Positions 1 through 12,413 are shown, numbered from the stretch's first letter. The stretch is DNA of 45,227 nucleotides from Halobacteriovorax sp. (GCA_002686115.1 NZAF01000182.1:1-45227), one strand, 5' to 3'. A program made the numbers and translations. The notes: generated by a model not told the origin, from the letters alone.

Positions 1-99
1 ATGAGTAAAAAGCAGTAAAGCCTGCTGTTAAAGTACCTAACCAATATGAAAATAAACTTGAAACACTATAATGAGTGTAAGCAATTTCTAAAATAACAT
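1..99. repeat. Terminal overlap, copy 1 (circularisation overlap)
   Basis: 1-99 is identical to 45129-45227. Confidence 0.97.
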
Positions 100-1321
100 C
101 TTTAGAATAAAAACCAGTTAAAAATGGAAAACCTGTTAAAGCTAAAGTACCTATAAGAAATAAGGTATAAGTTAAAGGTAATAATTTAACTAAGCCACCC
201 ATTCTACGCATATCTTGCTCATCAGATAGCGAATGAATAACACAACCGGCACTTAAGAATAATAAAGCTTTAAAAAAAGCATGGTTTGCTAAGTGAAATA
301 AACTAACAGCATAACCAGATAAACCACATGAGAATACCATATAACCTAACTGACTACAAGTTGAATAAGCAATAACTTTTTTTAAATCATTTTGTACAGT
401 ACCTGCAGTAGCCGCAAAAAATGCAGTTAAAGCACCTACAAAAGTAATTACAGATAACATAGTAGGAGAATACTCGAATAAAGGAGAACACCTAATAATT
501 AAAAAAACACCCGCAGTTACCATAGTTGCTGCATGAATTAAAGCAGAAACCGGTGTAGGACCTTCCATAGCATCAGGTAACCAAGTATGTAAACCTAACT
601 GAGCTGATTTACCTACAGCACCAATAAAAAATAAAAAACAAATTAAAGTAATAACATTTACTTCCCAAAATAAGAAAAATACAGTCTTATTAAAAAAAAA
701 AGGAACTAAAGCAAAAACTGTAGAAAAATCAACAGATTGAAATACTAAAAAAACTAAAACAATGGCAATTAACACACCGAAGTCACCAATCTTATTTAAA
801 ATTAATGCTTTAATTGCTGATTTATTAGCTTGAATTCTAGTAGACCAAAAACCAATTAATAAATAAGAACATAGGCCTACACCTTCCCAACCTAAAAATA
901 ATTGAATGAAATTATCCGCAGTAACCAACATTAACATAAAAAAAGTAAAAAATGACAAATACGACATAAAACGTGATAAGTGTGGATCACCACTCATATA
1001 ACCATACGAGTACATATGAACTAAAGTTGACACAGTACCCACCACCACTATCATGGTAACAGCTAAAGGGTCTAAATAAAACCCTCAATTAACAGTAAAC
1101 ATTCCAGAATCTATTCATGTAAATAAATTAATATAACAAATATGAGATTTAAATATAACATAATAGTAAGCAATATAAGATAGTACATTACTAATTAGCA
1201 TTAAAGATACTGTAATAACAGCAGCACCTTTTCTACCAATTAAAAAGCTACCTAAACCAGCTACCATTGAACCTAATAAAGGTAATAAAATAATTAAAAT
1301 AAAACTTTGTATAAAAAACAT
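1..1321 (-). CDS. nad5: NADH dehydrogenase subunit 5, 5' part (continues across the origin into 44470-45128; 659 aa total)
   Basis: ATG at 1321. With TGA=Trp (1115, 1085) the frame gives [40 protein letters not shown] and [13 protein letters not shown]. 1321+659=1980 nt, in frame across the join. Confidence 0.97.
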
Positions 1322-1346
1322 AATATATAATAATTTTAGTTAATAA

Positions 1347-1814
1347 CTAACAATACTCATAGCTCCAATACCATTGGTTACCTAATACTTTAATAGTAAA
1401 TAAAGGTTGCCAAATTTGATCCATAGCATATAATAATGAAAAAGAAGGTACTGCAATAAAAATTAAAATAACTGCAGGAATAATAGTCCAAATTACCTCA
1501 ATTGTAGTATTATGAGTAAATAATTGTGGGAACCATACAAACTCCTCTTTTAATTGATACTCTTCAAACTCTTCTTCAAATTTTTCGTAAGCTACGATAT
1601 CTTCAGCAATAACAGAATCAATATAAGATTTTTCTTTACCCATATCAGTAAAGTAAGAATTACTTAATTGTAACTGTAAATCACGAATTGAAACTAAATT
1701 ACTTAAAATAGTACCTAAACGATTACTATAACAAGTAGTATTAGGATCATTTTTAAATTGATTATATAAATCTACATTATCTTTTGATACAAAATAACCT
1801 TTTTTTCAACCTCA
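1347..1814 (-). CDS. cox2: Cox2 second TM helix plus WYWSYEY segment. Frame is open from 1814 (first ATG 1643) and offset by -1 from the upstream giant ORF
   Basis: [34 protein letters not shown]...[16 protein letters not shown], then TAG stop. No CuA domain follows. Confidence 0.9.
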
Positions 1815-2332
1815 TTAAAAAAATACTCCACTTTATTATAATCATTTTTACCGATATATTTTAAAATATCTGTAATATTATCTGGTAATAACGAATTAGA
1901 ATGTAATTTAGAAGTAACTACTAAATGTTCTAACTCTTTATCATGGTACCACTTATTAAAATAAGTATTCTCCCAATAAATAAATAACATAGTTAAGTTA
2001 TAACATTTTTGTGCTAATAAATTAACTAAACCATTATCTTTATTTTTAGCAGAATAATCCACTAACTTAATAGTGAATGAATACCACATATTTACTAAAT
2101 CTAATAAGGTTTCACGAACCTCTTCGTGAACCCATTTTTGAATTCTAACTTTTAAGTTATAATTAGTACTGTTGAAATAATAAATAATATTAAATAATAC
2201 CCAACTTACAAAAACACTAACTAAAATTAAAAAAAAACATAAATCATGATGTAAATCAATAATACCTTCCATAATAGGAGAAGCAGGATCTTGAAACCCT
2301 AACTGCCATGCAGAAGGAGCATCATAAAACAT
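1772..2332 (-). CDS. cox2: Cox2 N-terminal segment (helix 1 plus insertion), embedded at the C-terminus of the giant ORF
   Basis: [46 protein letters not shown] is the canonical Cox2 N-terminus. In-frame ATG at 2330-2332. Confidence 0.92.
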   Translation of the reverse strand: MFYDAPSAWQLGFQDPASPIMEGIIDLHHDLCFFLILVSVFVSWVLFNIIYYFNSTNYNLKVRIQKWVHEEVRETLLDLVNMWYSFTIKLVDYSAKNKDNGLVNLLAQKCYNLTMLFIYWENTYFNKWYHDKELEHLVVTSKLHSNSLLPDNITDILKYIGKNDYNKVEYFFNEVEKKVILYQKIM

Positions 2333-5300
2333 GCTTTCATTTAAAACACTTAAATTTTCAAAATTATTTAATGAGCTTGCAACATTGTCCTCATAAAATA
2401 CCCAATAATCATAACATAATGGTTTATTGTTCATACGTTTATGTAAAATATTATTATATTCTGTAACATCAATACATGGAGCATCTATAACTACCGGACG
2501 AGCTTCTCTATGTGTAAATAACTCACCGTCACTACGCATATAACCATAGTAAACATCTTTAGTTACTAATAAAGTTCTTCTAAAAGTATCCATCCAACTA
2601 TAATCAACACGAGAAAGTAAACGGTTTTGTAAGTATAAGTACTCACGATAACTCGCAACACTACCATGTTCTGTCTCAATACCATGACCCCAAAACTCTT
2701 TAGCTAAGTCAGGTCTATGGATTTTAACTAAATCACCGATTACAGCATAGCCGTTCGGAAGAACGCCCCACGCTTTATAATCTGATTGATAAGTACCCTT
2801 AAAATTTGTAGGATTCCAAACACAATTATAATGATAAGTTTCCTTAAATAGAAACTGTAATAAAATACTATTTTTATAATCGATAAAATCTGAAGTATAA
2901 AATGAATCAACCGGTATTTTCCAAGCATGTCGTATACCTAAGTCCCTTTGAGGGATATCCCACTCAGGGTACCAAGTTTCATCAAAACCAAACATATCTT
3001 CTTCACCAAAACCACAAAAATAGCTATTATAATAAGTCTCAATAAAATTATCATCATTAAATATAGTATCATACTCTAAAATAGGGAACTGTAAACTATA
3101 ACGGCCATCTACACTATTAGAATAGCCCCATAATTTATTTGTTAGGCCTCAACGTAAAGCTTCTTTAATAGCATCATAGTGAGGGAAATGGCTTGTTAAA
3201 TAATAATTATTTTGAGCCCTTAAATTTCACTTAACACCATCTTCATAATGCTCCATACGTTTTTGAAATTCAAAATTACTTAATCTATGCACTAAACTAG
3301 TTGCAGAAATTAAATTAGATTCTGTACGATATACAAAATCCTTTAACCACTGTACACGCTCAGCAACAGTTAACTCATCTGCATTTAATTGTAAACTATG
3401 CCCTGGGAAATGGTATAAAATATACGCAAAAGTAGGACCATACATATCTAAATAAAAGTTATACACTTTTTGATTAAACGCCATAAAATCATAAGTATCT
3501 AATGCACGTGAGTGAAAATTTTGATAACCATGTGTAAATATACGTGGATAGGTATCTCGTGCACCAAATATTTTAACAGTTTGAAATCTAATATGATCAT
3601 CAAACATAGCATCAGAATCATTTTTTAATATGAAAACATCCTTATCACTTAATTGATTCCATATTTCAGGAGTTTTCCAACGACCACTACTTCTATGTGT
3701 AAACCAATAGCGGAACATAAAATCTGGTACTCTATATCTCCTTACAACCTCATCCATAGCATCAAGCATTTTATCATGCATATGAATTTTATTATAAACA
3801 GCTAGCGACTCTTTAGCATTACTTCTACCAAAAATATCATGAGAAAAGACCTGTCTAAAATACACTCTAATCTCTTTATAAGTATGAGTTCTACCACCAA
3901 GAGTAACCATACTATGGTATAATAACTCACGCATACGTTTTAAATAAAAATGTCGTTTCACAGGATCAGGTAAGTTTGTTTTTTCTAACATTAAAATATA
4001 ACCAGAAATATATTTATTCATACTCCATAGATCACGAATCCTTGTAGGAAAAGCATTTGATAAACCTTGGTAATCAAAAGTATCCCACATAGCATTCACA
4101 GTACTTTTTGGTACCTGATCTTGAGCTTCACCAATTAACCAAGGTAATTTACGATTATAATCACCACGAATACCTTTTGCTCTTATGTCACTGATACCTT
4201 GGAAATATGCAAATTCTTTAACACCTTTTAATTTTTTAAAAAAAGCATCAGAAAATAAATTAGGTGCAATAACATAACGTTCTGAAGGTAAAGGTAAAAA
4301 GTCACGTATAAAATTTGTAACTGGCTCAACAATACTCCTATATACATGCATAAAAAAAACATTATTTCACCAAAATTCATCAGAGCTACAAAACATATAG
4401 AAGTCAGTAAAATAAACAAAAAATTTTAAATATATCCTCTCTAAGTTAAAGTAACTAATACGACCTGTCTCAGGACTGTAATGAACAAAAATTGAAATAA
4501 CATATTTTAAACAATCATAAATAAGACGAATTAAAGTAATAACAAACAGATGTATACTACCAACACATGTATAAAAAAAGCCACCAATAAAAGGATAACC
4601 TGTATCGAAATAAGCAGCTATACAATTACTAAAATAAATAATATATTCCGCAGCCATAGCGAAAAACCAACTATAAACAGCACTACAGAACCCATAAAAT
4701 AATTTTAATAAATTATAAATTAACTTAACACTATAAATAAAGATACTTTCAGAAATGTATAAAAAGTTTACTCTAAATAAAACATAAAGTTCATAAACAG
4801 TAAAAACTAACTTACCAAATAATGAATAACAACCATTTAATATTAATTTAACATACGACCAAAAATCTTCAACAGTCCACATTAAAATTAAACCTAAAGA
4901 TTGAAATAAGTATTTAAATAATAAAGTTATAAATTTAATACTATTTAAAAATAAATTACTAATCTCTACTAGAGACCCGTTAAAAAGTAACCTAGCACTT
5001 TCTTTAAAATTTTCTTTTGGCTCATTTAAACCAAAAAATAACCCCTCTAAAGTACAGATTCTCTCCTCTAAACCTTGAAAGTATTTGACTATACTGAACC
5101 CAATTTTTACTTTAAGTAATAAAATATGCTCAGCAGTAATTTCACTAACAAAATCTACAATATAATCAAAGATAACTCCAATTCCTTCTCAAGTTTGACC
5201 TAAAGAAAACTTAATTATAGAAAAAGTTAATTTTAAATAATACCAAAGTAAATCTTTACTTACACCGGTAAAAAATAAAATATAATATGAAAATGGTAAA

Positions 5301-8300
5301 TTATAAATTTCAATAATATCAACATTGTACTTAATTCTAATTGGCACTACATACCACCTATTAAATACCCATGTAATATAATCAACAATTATAATTTGAT
5401 ACGCAGTTAAAAAATTAATAGCACTATCTTTAAAATCAAAAAGAAATTTAAAATAAACATAAGTAAATTCTTTATGAAAATCTGCATTAACAATTAACTT
5501 ATTATAAATTAAGTTAGGAGTACCTATAAAATGGATTTCTTGTTTCAACTCATGGATAGCTCTTAACATAATATAAAAGTAAAAACCTATAGGTGTTAAC
5601 CTTGTTAATAATGAATGAACCCACCAAAAAAGTTCTTCTATACCAGAATAAATAAAGTGAGCGAACCACTCTTTATAATAACCAATATAATATGAAGTAA
5701 TTTTTTTATAAAAATCAATTAACTCCTGACCTTTAAATGGGTATAAACCACCAACATATTGATCATTACGTTTTAACTCTGCTTTAGCTTCATACCTTAA
5801 ATTAGGAGTTAAAAACCAATGTTCTACACTTTCATATTGAATATAACGCTTAGTTATACGATTGAACCAATAAGGAATATAGTCAAATAGATAATATACT
5901 TTTATACTTTTCTCTTCTTTAATAGTATCAATATATTTAGCTTTATGTTCTCGTTGTTGTAAAGGTGTTTTATAAGAAAAAATCAATTGCCAAAAAGTAA
6001 TAAAACGACTATGCCAAAATACTGATTTATCGTTACCAACACCTTCCCAATATTTTAAATAAACCCTATTCCATAAACTTGTTTTTGCTCTCCAATTTTG
6101 CCACCTACCATCAGGTTTGAAATTAAAAGTTTTATTAATATAATTAAACCTATTCGCAGTATATAACCAATGGTCTTTCATAATATGTTGTAAATAACGC
6201 GGCTTCCAATAACTATGAGGAACGTAATAATACCAATAATAAAACATATCAATAAAAAATTGAACATCAAAATTACTAAAAGTTAAACCGTATGTTACAC
6301 GTAAATAAGTAGCAAAATAAGTGAATACTTCACTTAAATATGTAGGTAATTTAATTAATATATTAACAATACTACATAAAGTATTATAAACATAATCATA
6401 AGTTAAATAAATATACCTTGGTATCTTAAAGAAAGCACCAAAAATATATTGAAACATTACAGGAGCATAAAAAAAATATTTAACTGAATCTAACACTCAT
6501 ATAACATAAGTCTCACCAATCCATCGACGTAAATTAGGAGCAATCTCAGAAAACGAAATAAAGTCTACGAAATAATCATGTAAAGGTACCCAAATTTTCG
6601 CATGTATACGTAATTTATCAAAACCCCAAGAATAATTTCTAGTATCTATATGATTTTCATAAACAATTGTTTGTAAAATAACACTCTCATGCCACCTACC
6701 TATAGCACGTAATACATCAATATTACGCTGAGACTTATCTAACATATCTAACGAATCTAAAACACGCTCAGAAGGTGTTAAAGGATAATAATCTTCAAAT
6801 AAATTTACTTTACCTAACTCTTCATAAACATCAATAGAAGCTTGTGTAACTTTTGGATCTAAATTCCAACTATCAGTTACATATGCTTCTGGATTTTTTT
6901 CATAAGTATCTACAATATCTTTTGAGTATTTTTGTTTATTATTATACAGTTCAGAAACACTTAATTTTTCAACTAAACTCTCAGATTCTTTGACAGAAAG
7001 TTTCTTATTTTCATTAGGCAAATCACTTGTTTCACCTAAAGCCATATAATATATTGTTTTAAAATCATTAAATAAAGTACGTACATATACAGATATAGAG
7101 CTATGATAAAAAATATTTACATATAAACCATAACTATCCATAAATGAATCATAAAAAAAGTCTTTTGTTTTCACAAAATACCAATACATACATATAAAAG
7201 GGTAAAAAATACCTTCGACATAAAATTTACAACCTTCTACAAACATTAATTTTAATTGAACAAAAAAATTAAAAATATGTGCAACAAATATAGAAAATGA
7301 ATAACCAAACGATGAAATTACTCGAGAGAAACTTAAACCACCACTAAAACTATAATAGTCCCAATGCCAAATTACATTAGCTAAATATAGTAAAGTTACC
7401 CAAGCTTGACCAAATGTATGACGCCAAATATAAAAAATTGGGTAGTAAATAAACGAATGAACCCAATTAAGTCCATAATATGATAAAGTGCCTAAGTAAA
7501 ATACCTTATTATAAGCATTTAAAATTTCATGTACAAAGAAACCCTTGTAGTAGCTTAAATTTAAACTAAATACTTCTTGTATATAAGGCCAGTACACTTC
7601 ATTAAGATACCAACGGAAATATGCCCACTCTACCTCACGTGAAGGATCATCCTTAATAACAGCAACATAGTACTTGTAAAAGAAATACTCTAAAGTATGA
7701 TCACAAAACCTTTGTAACCTAAAATTAAAAAACTCTTGTAGACTTCCTAAATATTTAATTTGATTAAAAACAACAACCGCATTATCTAACCATAACCATG
7801 CTTTCCAAGTAATATCATCATACCAAATATTAAAAGTTTCACGAGCACCTACACGTAACTTCATAAAACTAAATTTCTTATTGAAAAAAGCTTCAATCTC
7901 TTGTGTCCAATCAGTAATCATTCTAGTTTCTGGGTAATAACGTAAATTGTTTTTATGTATTCACCAAAAACCAAACCTATGCGCCATAATTTCATGATTA
8001 TGTTCAAACATCTCTAATTTGTACAAGAAAAACCACTCTTTAAAAAATAAATACCAATAATTAATATTAAAACAATAATCTAAAAAATTCCAAATAGATT
8101 CAAAAGGTTTAATAAAAATTAAATAAAACCATAATTTTAATGTATAACCGAATACATTAAAAATAAAAAACCATAAAGAAATAATCTCTTCAAATAAGTA
8201 CTTAATAGAATAAGTAATACCTTCATATAAATTAACAACTGATTTAATAACAGCAACACTGATATTAATAACATAACCAGGTAAATTAAAAATTTCTTTA

Positions 8301-11263
8301 GGTATATTTAAAATAAAAATAAATAACTGATAAGTATAAACAGAAACTAAAACAGATAATCTAATAGGAATATCTAACAATGTATTTAAAATTTTATTTA
8401 CAAAAGCTGCTTCTACTAATACTGCTTTTAATAAAACTTTAGAAAGTCCATGCCTAAAAAAGTACCTATCAATAATTTCACTAATACTTGTAAATAATAA
8501 ATCAAAAGCGTAAATAACAGGGTTCCAAAGGTTAGATAACTCTGTTTGTTTTTCACTAAAATAACCTGCACGACCACTATTAACACCAGTATTTTTTAAA
8601 ATTGCAGGACGATACACACGATCTAAACTATCTGCTTCCCAACAATTATCTATAAAACCATAACCTTCTCGGCGAGCATTATAACTATAAATACGAGCAC
8701 GTTTTTCACTTAATTCTTTTAAATTTCTCATATTATCTTTTAACTCAGCATCACGGAAAACATATTCAGCTTTATTACCTAACCATTGGTAATACTTAAC
8801 AGCCCAAAAAGCACCAGTAACATACATCCAAGCATTACCATCATCATGATAACTTAGTTGCAGTCCTGTTTTATCAAGCCACCAATCATCTAACCTATTA
8901 CGTAAACTTCTCCACCTTAAACCTAAAAGAGTCTTACGCATTCTTCTGTGAGAAGTAATAATATCTAAAATAATAACAAATAATAACCAACTTAAACCAC
9001 CATATAAACCACCATAAGTAGTTACATGCCAAATATTTGTATGGAAAATACTAATCCAACTTAAATATAAACTTTCTAATTTATAATCTAATCTATCATC
9101 CCACATGACACTACCATAAGAAGGCCATGCTTTACACCAACCAATAGTATCTCTAGCTAGTAATTCTTTAGGTAAAGCTAAGTCACCAAAATTTAACTTA
9201 TCTGTAATTAAATCATCAACATAATAATTTAAAGTTTCAGAATACTCTTTAATCCAACGAACACGCCTAGCAAAATCAATAGAATTAGAATACTGATCAT
9301 AATATAAACCAGCGTCATAAACAATATGTTCACGTTCATTTACTAAATCTTGTTCTCCACGAACAATTTTTAAATACTCAGAACAACTTACAGTATCAAT
9401 CCAAAAACCATCTCTAAAAGCCATCATTGAAGCTTCACCGGTTTCATCATCGAAACTTTCAACCCAAGAATACACTCGGTCTTTCATTACACGAGTATAG
9501 TAAGGGTGATCATGGGTGTACCAAATTAACCTACTATACCAAGACTTCTGGTAAGTAAACATATTTTCTAAAGTATACCTAGTATCTAAACCTTCTGCAT
9601 AAGCTTTTAACTGTTCTTCAGTTAATAAACCAGTGTCGATACTTTCTTCTTCTAACCAAGTTTTAAAATCTTCCCAACTCCACTTGTAAGTTTTTTCTTT
9701 CCAAAACCAATCATGCATAAATTGGTTTATAAACGTAGTAGCTTGTCTATCAAACTCTGTAAAATTAATAGGTAAAGTAAAATCTTTACCAAAAATATTA
9801 ACTACAGTACGTTTACTTTCTATAACCCCATCCTTATCTAAAACATAAGGCTTAAAAATTTCATTAAAAGACCTTTCAGGATAAGATTTAGATTTTTTTA
9901 AATCATCATAACTGCGAGATTTAAGTGAATAATATTTATCCGATGGAATACGTACATGACGATTTTTTATCCAACGAAGGGTATTACGGATTCCTCCCCA
10001 TAATTCTTTCTTTTTATCATTGTTAAATAGCACACTATCGGCCACAGATTCTTTAAAATCACTGTAATCATCCGATATTTTCTCTGATCTGGCTAGAAGT
10101 CTAGCGGCCATACTAACCGAATCTACACTTAGGTTGTCTAACACGTCTAATGACTCTTTAAACTCTGTATTTAAATCTAATATTTGACGCTCTAACCAAA
10201 AAATTTCATGAATCTGTCTAACTAATTTCCAATTATATAAATCTTCAACATGATGAATCTCACCTGTTTCCATATTATAAAAATGTGACCATTTAAACTC
10301 AACGTCTTTATCTTTAACGAACCATTGCGCATTATAAAGTTGTTTTAATTTTTTTAATTCTTGTTCTCCTAGAACATTTAATACTTTTTGAATAAACTCT
10401 TCTTTTCTTAAAAAAAACTCAATGTTTTTTGATTTACCATACATAGTAGGATCATATGTGATTTCATCTATATTTACAGGGTCATAAAAAGCTTTTTTTG
10501 AATCAAAAGTAAGTATAACATTACCATCTTTATCAATTTCTTCAGCTCAACCACCAGCATACCAATCGCTACTATCTACGGGTAAATCCTCATAATCTTC
10601 TTCTACAACATAATCTTTACAAATATCATTTACTTTTCTTTTAATTTCGTTTGTTGATGTAAACTCTTCGAACTTTACAGGAAAAACAACTAACGGAAAT
10701 ATATAAGATAATTTTATCTTAAAATTATCAAAAATTTTAACTATTTTACTTCTTTTCTTTTCTTGTCTTACGACCATACCAATTGTGATTAATAATATAT
10801 TTACTAATATAATGAAACTATAAAAATCTAAATTTATGTTTACTACGCCTTCCATGTTATTCTCAAATAAGCCTACTAAAGGTAAGCTTAAATAATTAAA
10901 ATAATTCCATTTTTTAAAAATGAAAATTTTTTTTTTATTAAATTCAAATAAAAAATGCATATAAAATACAGACATACTGTCAATTAAAAATCTTAAATCT
11001 TTGTATACTTCAGAGCTAAAAATAAAAGTTAAATACTTTGAAGACCTTAACTCAAAAGATTCCATAGATTTTTTATTTACATGCGGAGATCTTAACAACC
11101 TCAACTTAATAGACTTCCTGGGTAACCTTAAGGTTCCAAATAAATCAACAAACATTTGTACTCTATTATAAATATAGGTTAAAAATGTAGATTGAAAAAA
11201 TTTTAAAGTAACACACCAAGATACAAAATAATTACTGTTTTTATATCTTAAGTATTTAGCCAT
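1772..11263 (-). CDS. Giant 3,163-aa ORF: Rps10 domain + about 2,870 aa unknown + Cox2 N-terminal segment
   Basis: Track ORFs 10547-11263, 7961-10444, 6497-7921, 5189-6496, 4367-4882, 3227-4351 and 1772-2995 share one frame. I translated every gap by hand: the only interruptions are TGA (10547, 7961, 6497, 5189, 4367, 3227, 3149), with no TAA/TAG until 1772. Confidence 0.9.
10960..11263 (-). CDS. rps10: Ribosomal protein S10 domain at the N-terminus of the giant ORF (no stop codon of its own; downstream boundary approximate)
   Basis: [27 protein letters not shown] matches the uS10 signature ([15 protein letters not shown]). Confidence 0.85.
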
Positions 11264-11871
11264 GGATTAGAAAATGTGAAGTATCTATACTCTTGTACTA
11301 AAGATACTGGTGCGTACTCAATCAATTGACGTGTGTCGTCATAAAAAACCTCAAAATACCCTGTTAAAGGGAAGTCTTTACGTAGAGGATGACCTTCAAA
11401 ACTATAGTCAGTAACTATACGTCGTAAATCAGGGTGACCTTCGAAAAAAATACCAAATAAATCCCATACTTCACGCTCGTACCATGAAGCTCCTTTATAA
11501 ACAGAAGAAATAGATGGTAAAACACTAAGCTCACCCACACTAACTAGGATGTTCATACGAGAATTATAAGCGATGCTTAATAATTGATAAATAACGTCAA
11601 AACGTTTATTTCTACCAGGATAATCTACAGCGATAATATCAGACAGAACTTTAAATTGAGTTCATGTATGAATTTTAATGAATTTAAAAAATTCTAATAA
11701 AAAATTTCTACTAATATTGACCTCGATTTCATTCGTTTCGATATAAATTTTACGAATAGTTCGAGGAATCATTAGTATAAGTAAATCCAAAAAAAATGAA
11801 TATACTTTATAACTAAGAGGCAAAACACTAATAGGAGCTTTACTATTTGTTAGCAATATATTATATTCCAT
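11248..11871 (-). CDS. nad9: NADH dehydrogenase subunit 9
   Basis: Two track ORFs joined by TGA at 11662. DIIAVDYP, WYEREVWDLFG, HPDLRRIVTDYSFEGHPLRKDFPL. Overlaps the giant ORF start by 16 nt. Confidence 0.96.
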
Positions 11872-12101
11872 TTCACGAGGAAATAGACTTTTTTATCAAT
11901 TACGAATAGAAGGAAGTTCAATTTTTTTTGTATTCAGTTGAAAAAAAATATAGATACTATCTGTTAAATAGCTTGCTTTTATTACTTGCCTTATAATAAA
12001 TAAAACATATGAAAATAAGCGAATCTATTAAAATTTAAGCTTTAGTTTTTACTACCTTACATAATATATAAAAAAGTAATAAAAAAAAAAGCTCCTCCCT
12101 G

Positions 12102-12173
12102 TAGGCTTGGAAAGATTTGAACTTTCGACAACATACTTATCAAACATGCACTCTACCCCTGAGTTACAAGCCC
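12102..12173 (-). tRNA. trnI: tRNA-Ile(GAU)
   Basis: Cloverleaf folded by hand: acceptor GGGCTTG/CAAGCCT, anticodon loop TTGATAA. Confidence 0.93.
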
Positions 12174-12321
12174 TAAAAACTAATAAATTAATTATTTTTA
12201 TTTAATTTTATAAGCAATAATTTATATTGCTCTATTAAATAGAAATTAAAGTGTTTTTGCAATTATCGCGCTAAGAAATAAAATTACTTCGCGACATTGT
12301 TTTGTTTTAAAAATTTAAAAC

Positions 12322-12393
12322 TACCCTCTATGGGATTCGAACCCATGTTGTTGCATTGAAAAAGCAGTGTCCTAACCCCTAGACGAAGAGAGC
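12322..12393 (-). tRNA. trnE: tRNA-Glu(UUC)
   Basis: Acceptor GCTCTCT/AGAGGGT, loop TTTTCAA, T arm ATGGG-TTCGAAT-CCCAT. Confidence 0.9.
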
Positions 12394-12413
12394 TACATCT
12401 TATGCCATATAAC

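Noticed and set aside
2740-4419. Short alternative-frame ORFs 2740-2928 and 4228-4419 (also 28923-29144 in cob)
   Set aside because: About 60-70 aa, nested in real genes, and expected by chance.
1772-11263. Seven independent ORFans or pseudogene fragments, as the ORF track suggests
   Set aside because: All are in one frame and separated only by TGA, which is Trp at conserved sites in cob, nad3, nad7 and rps3.
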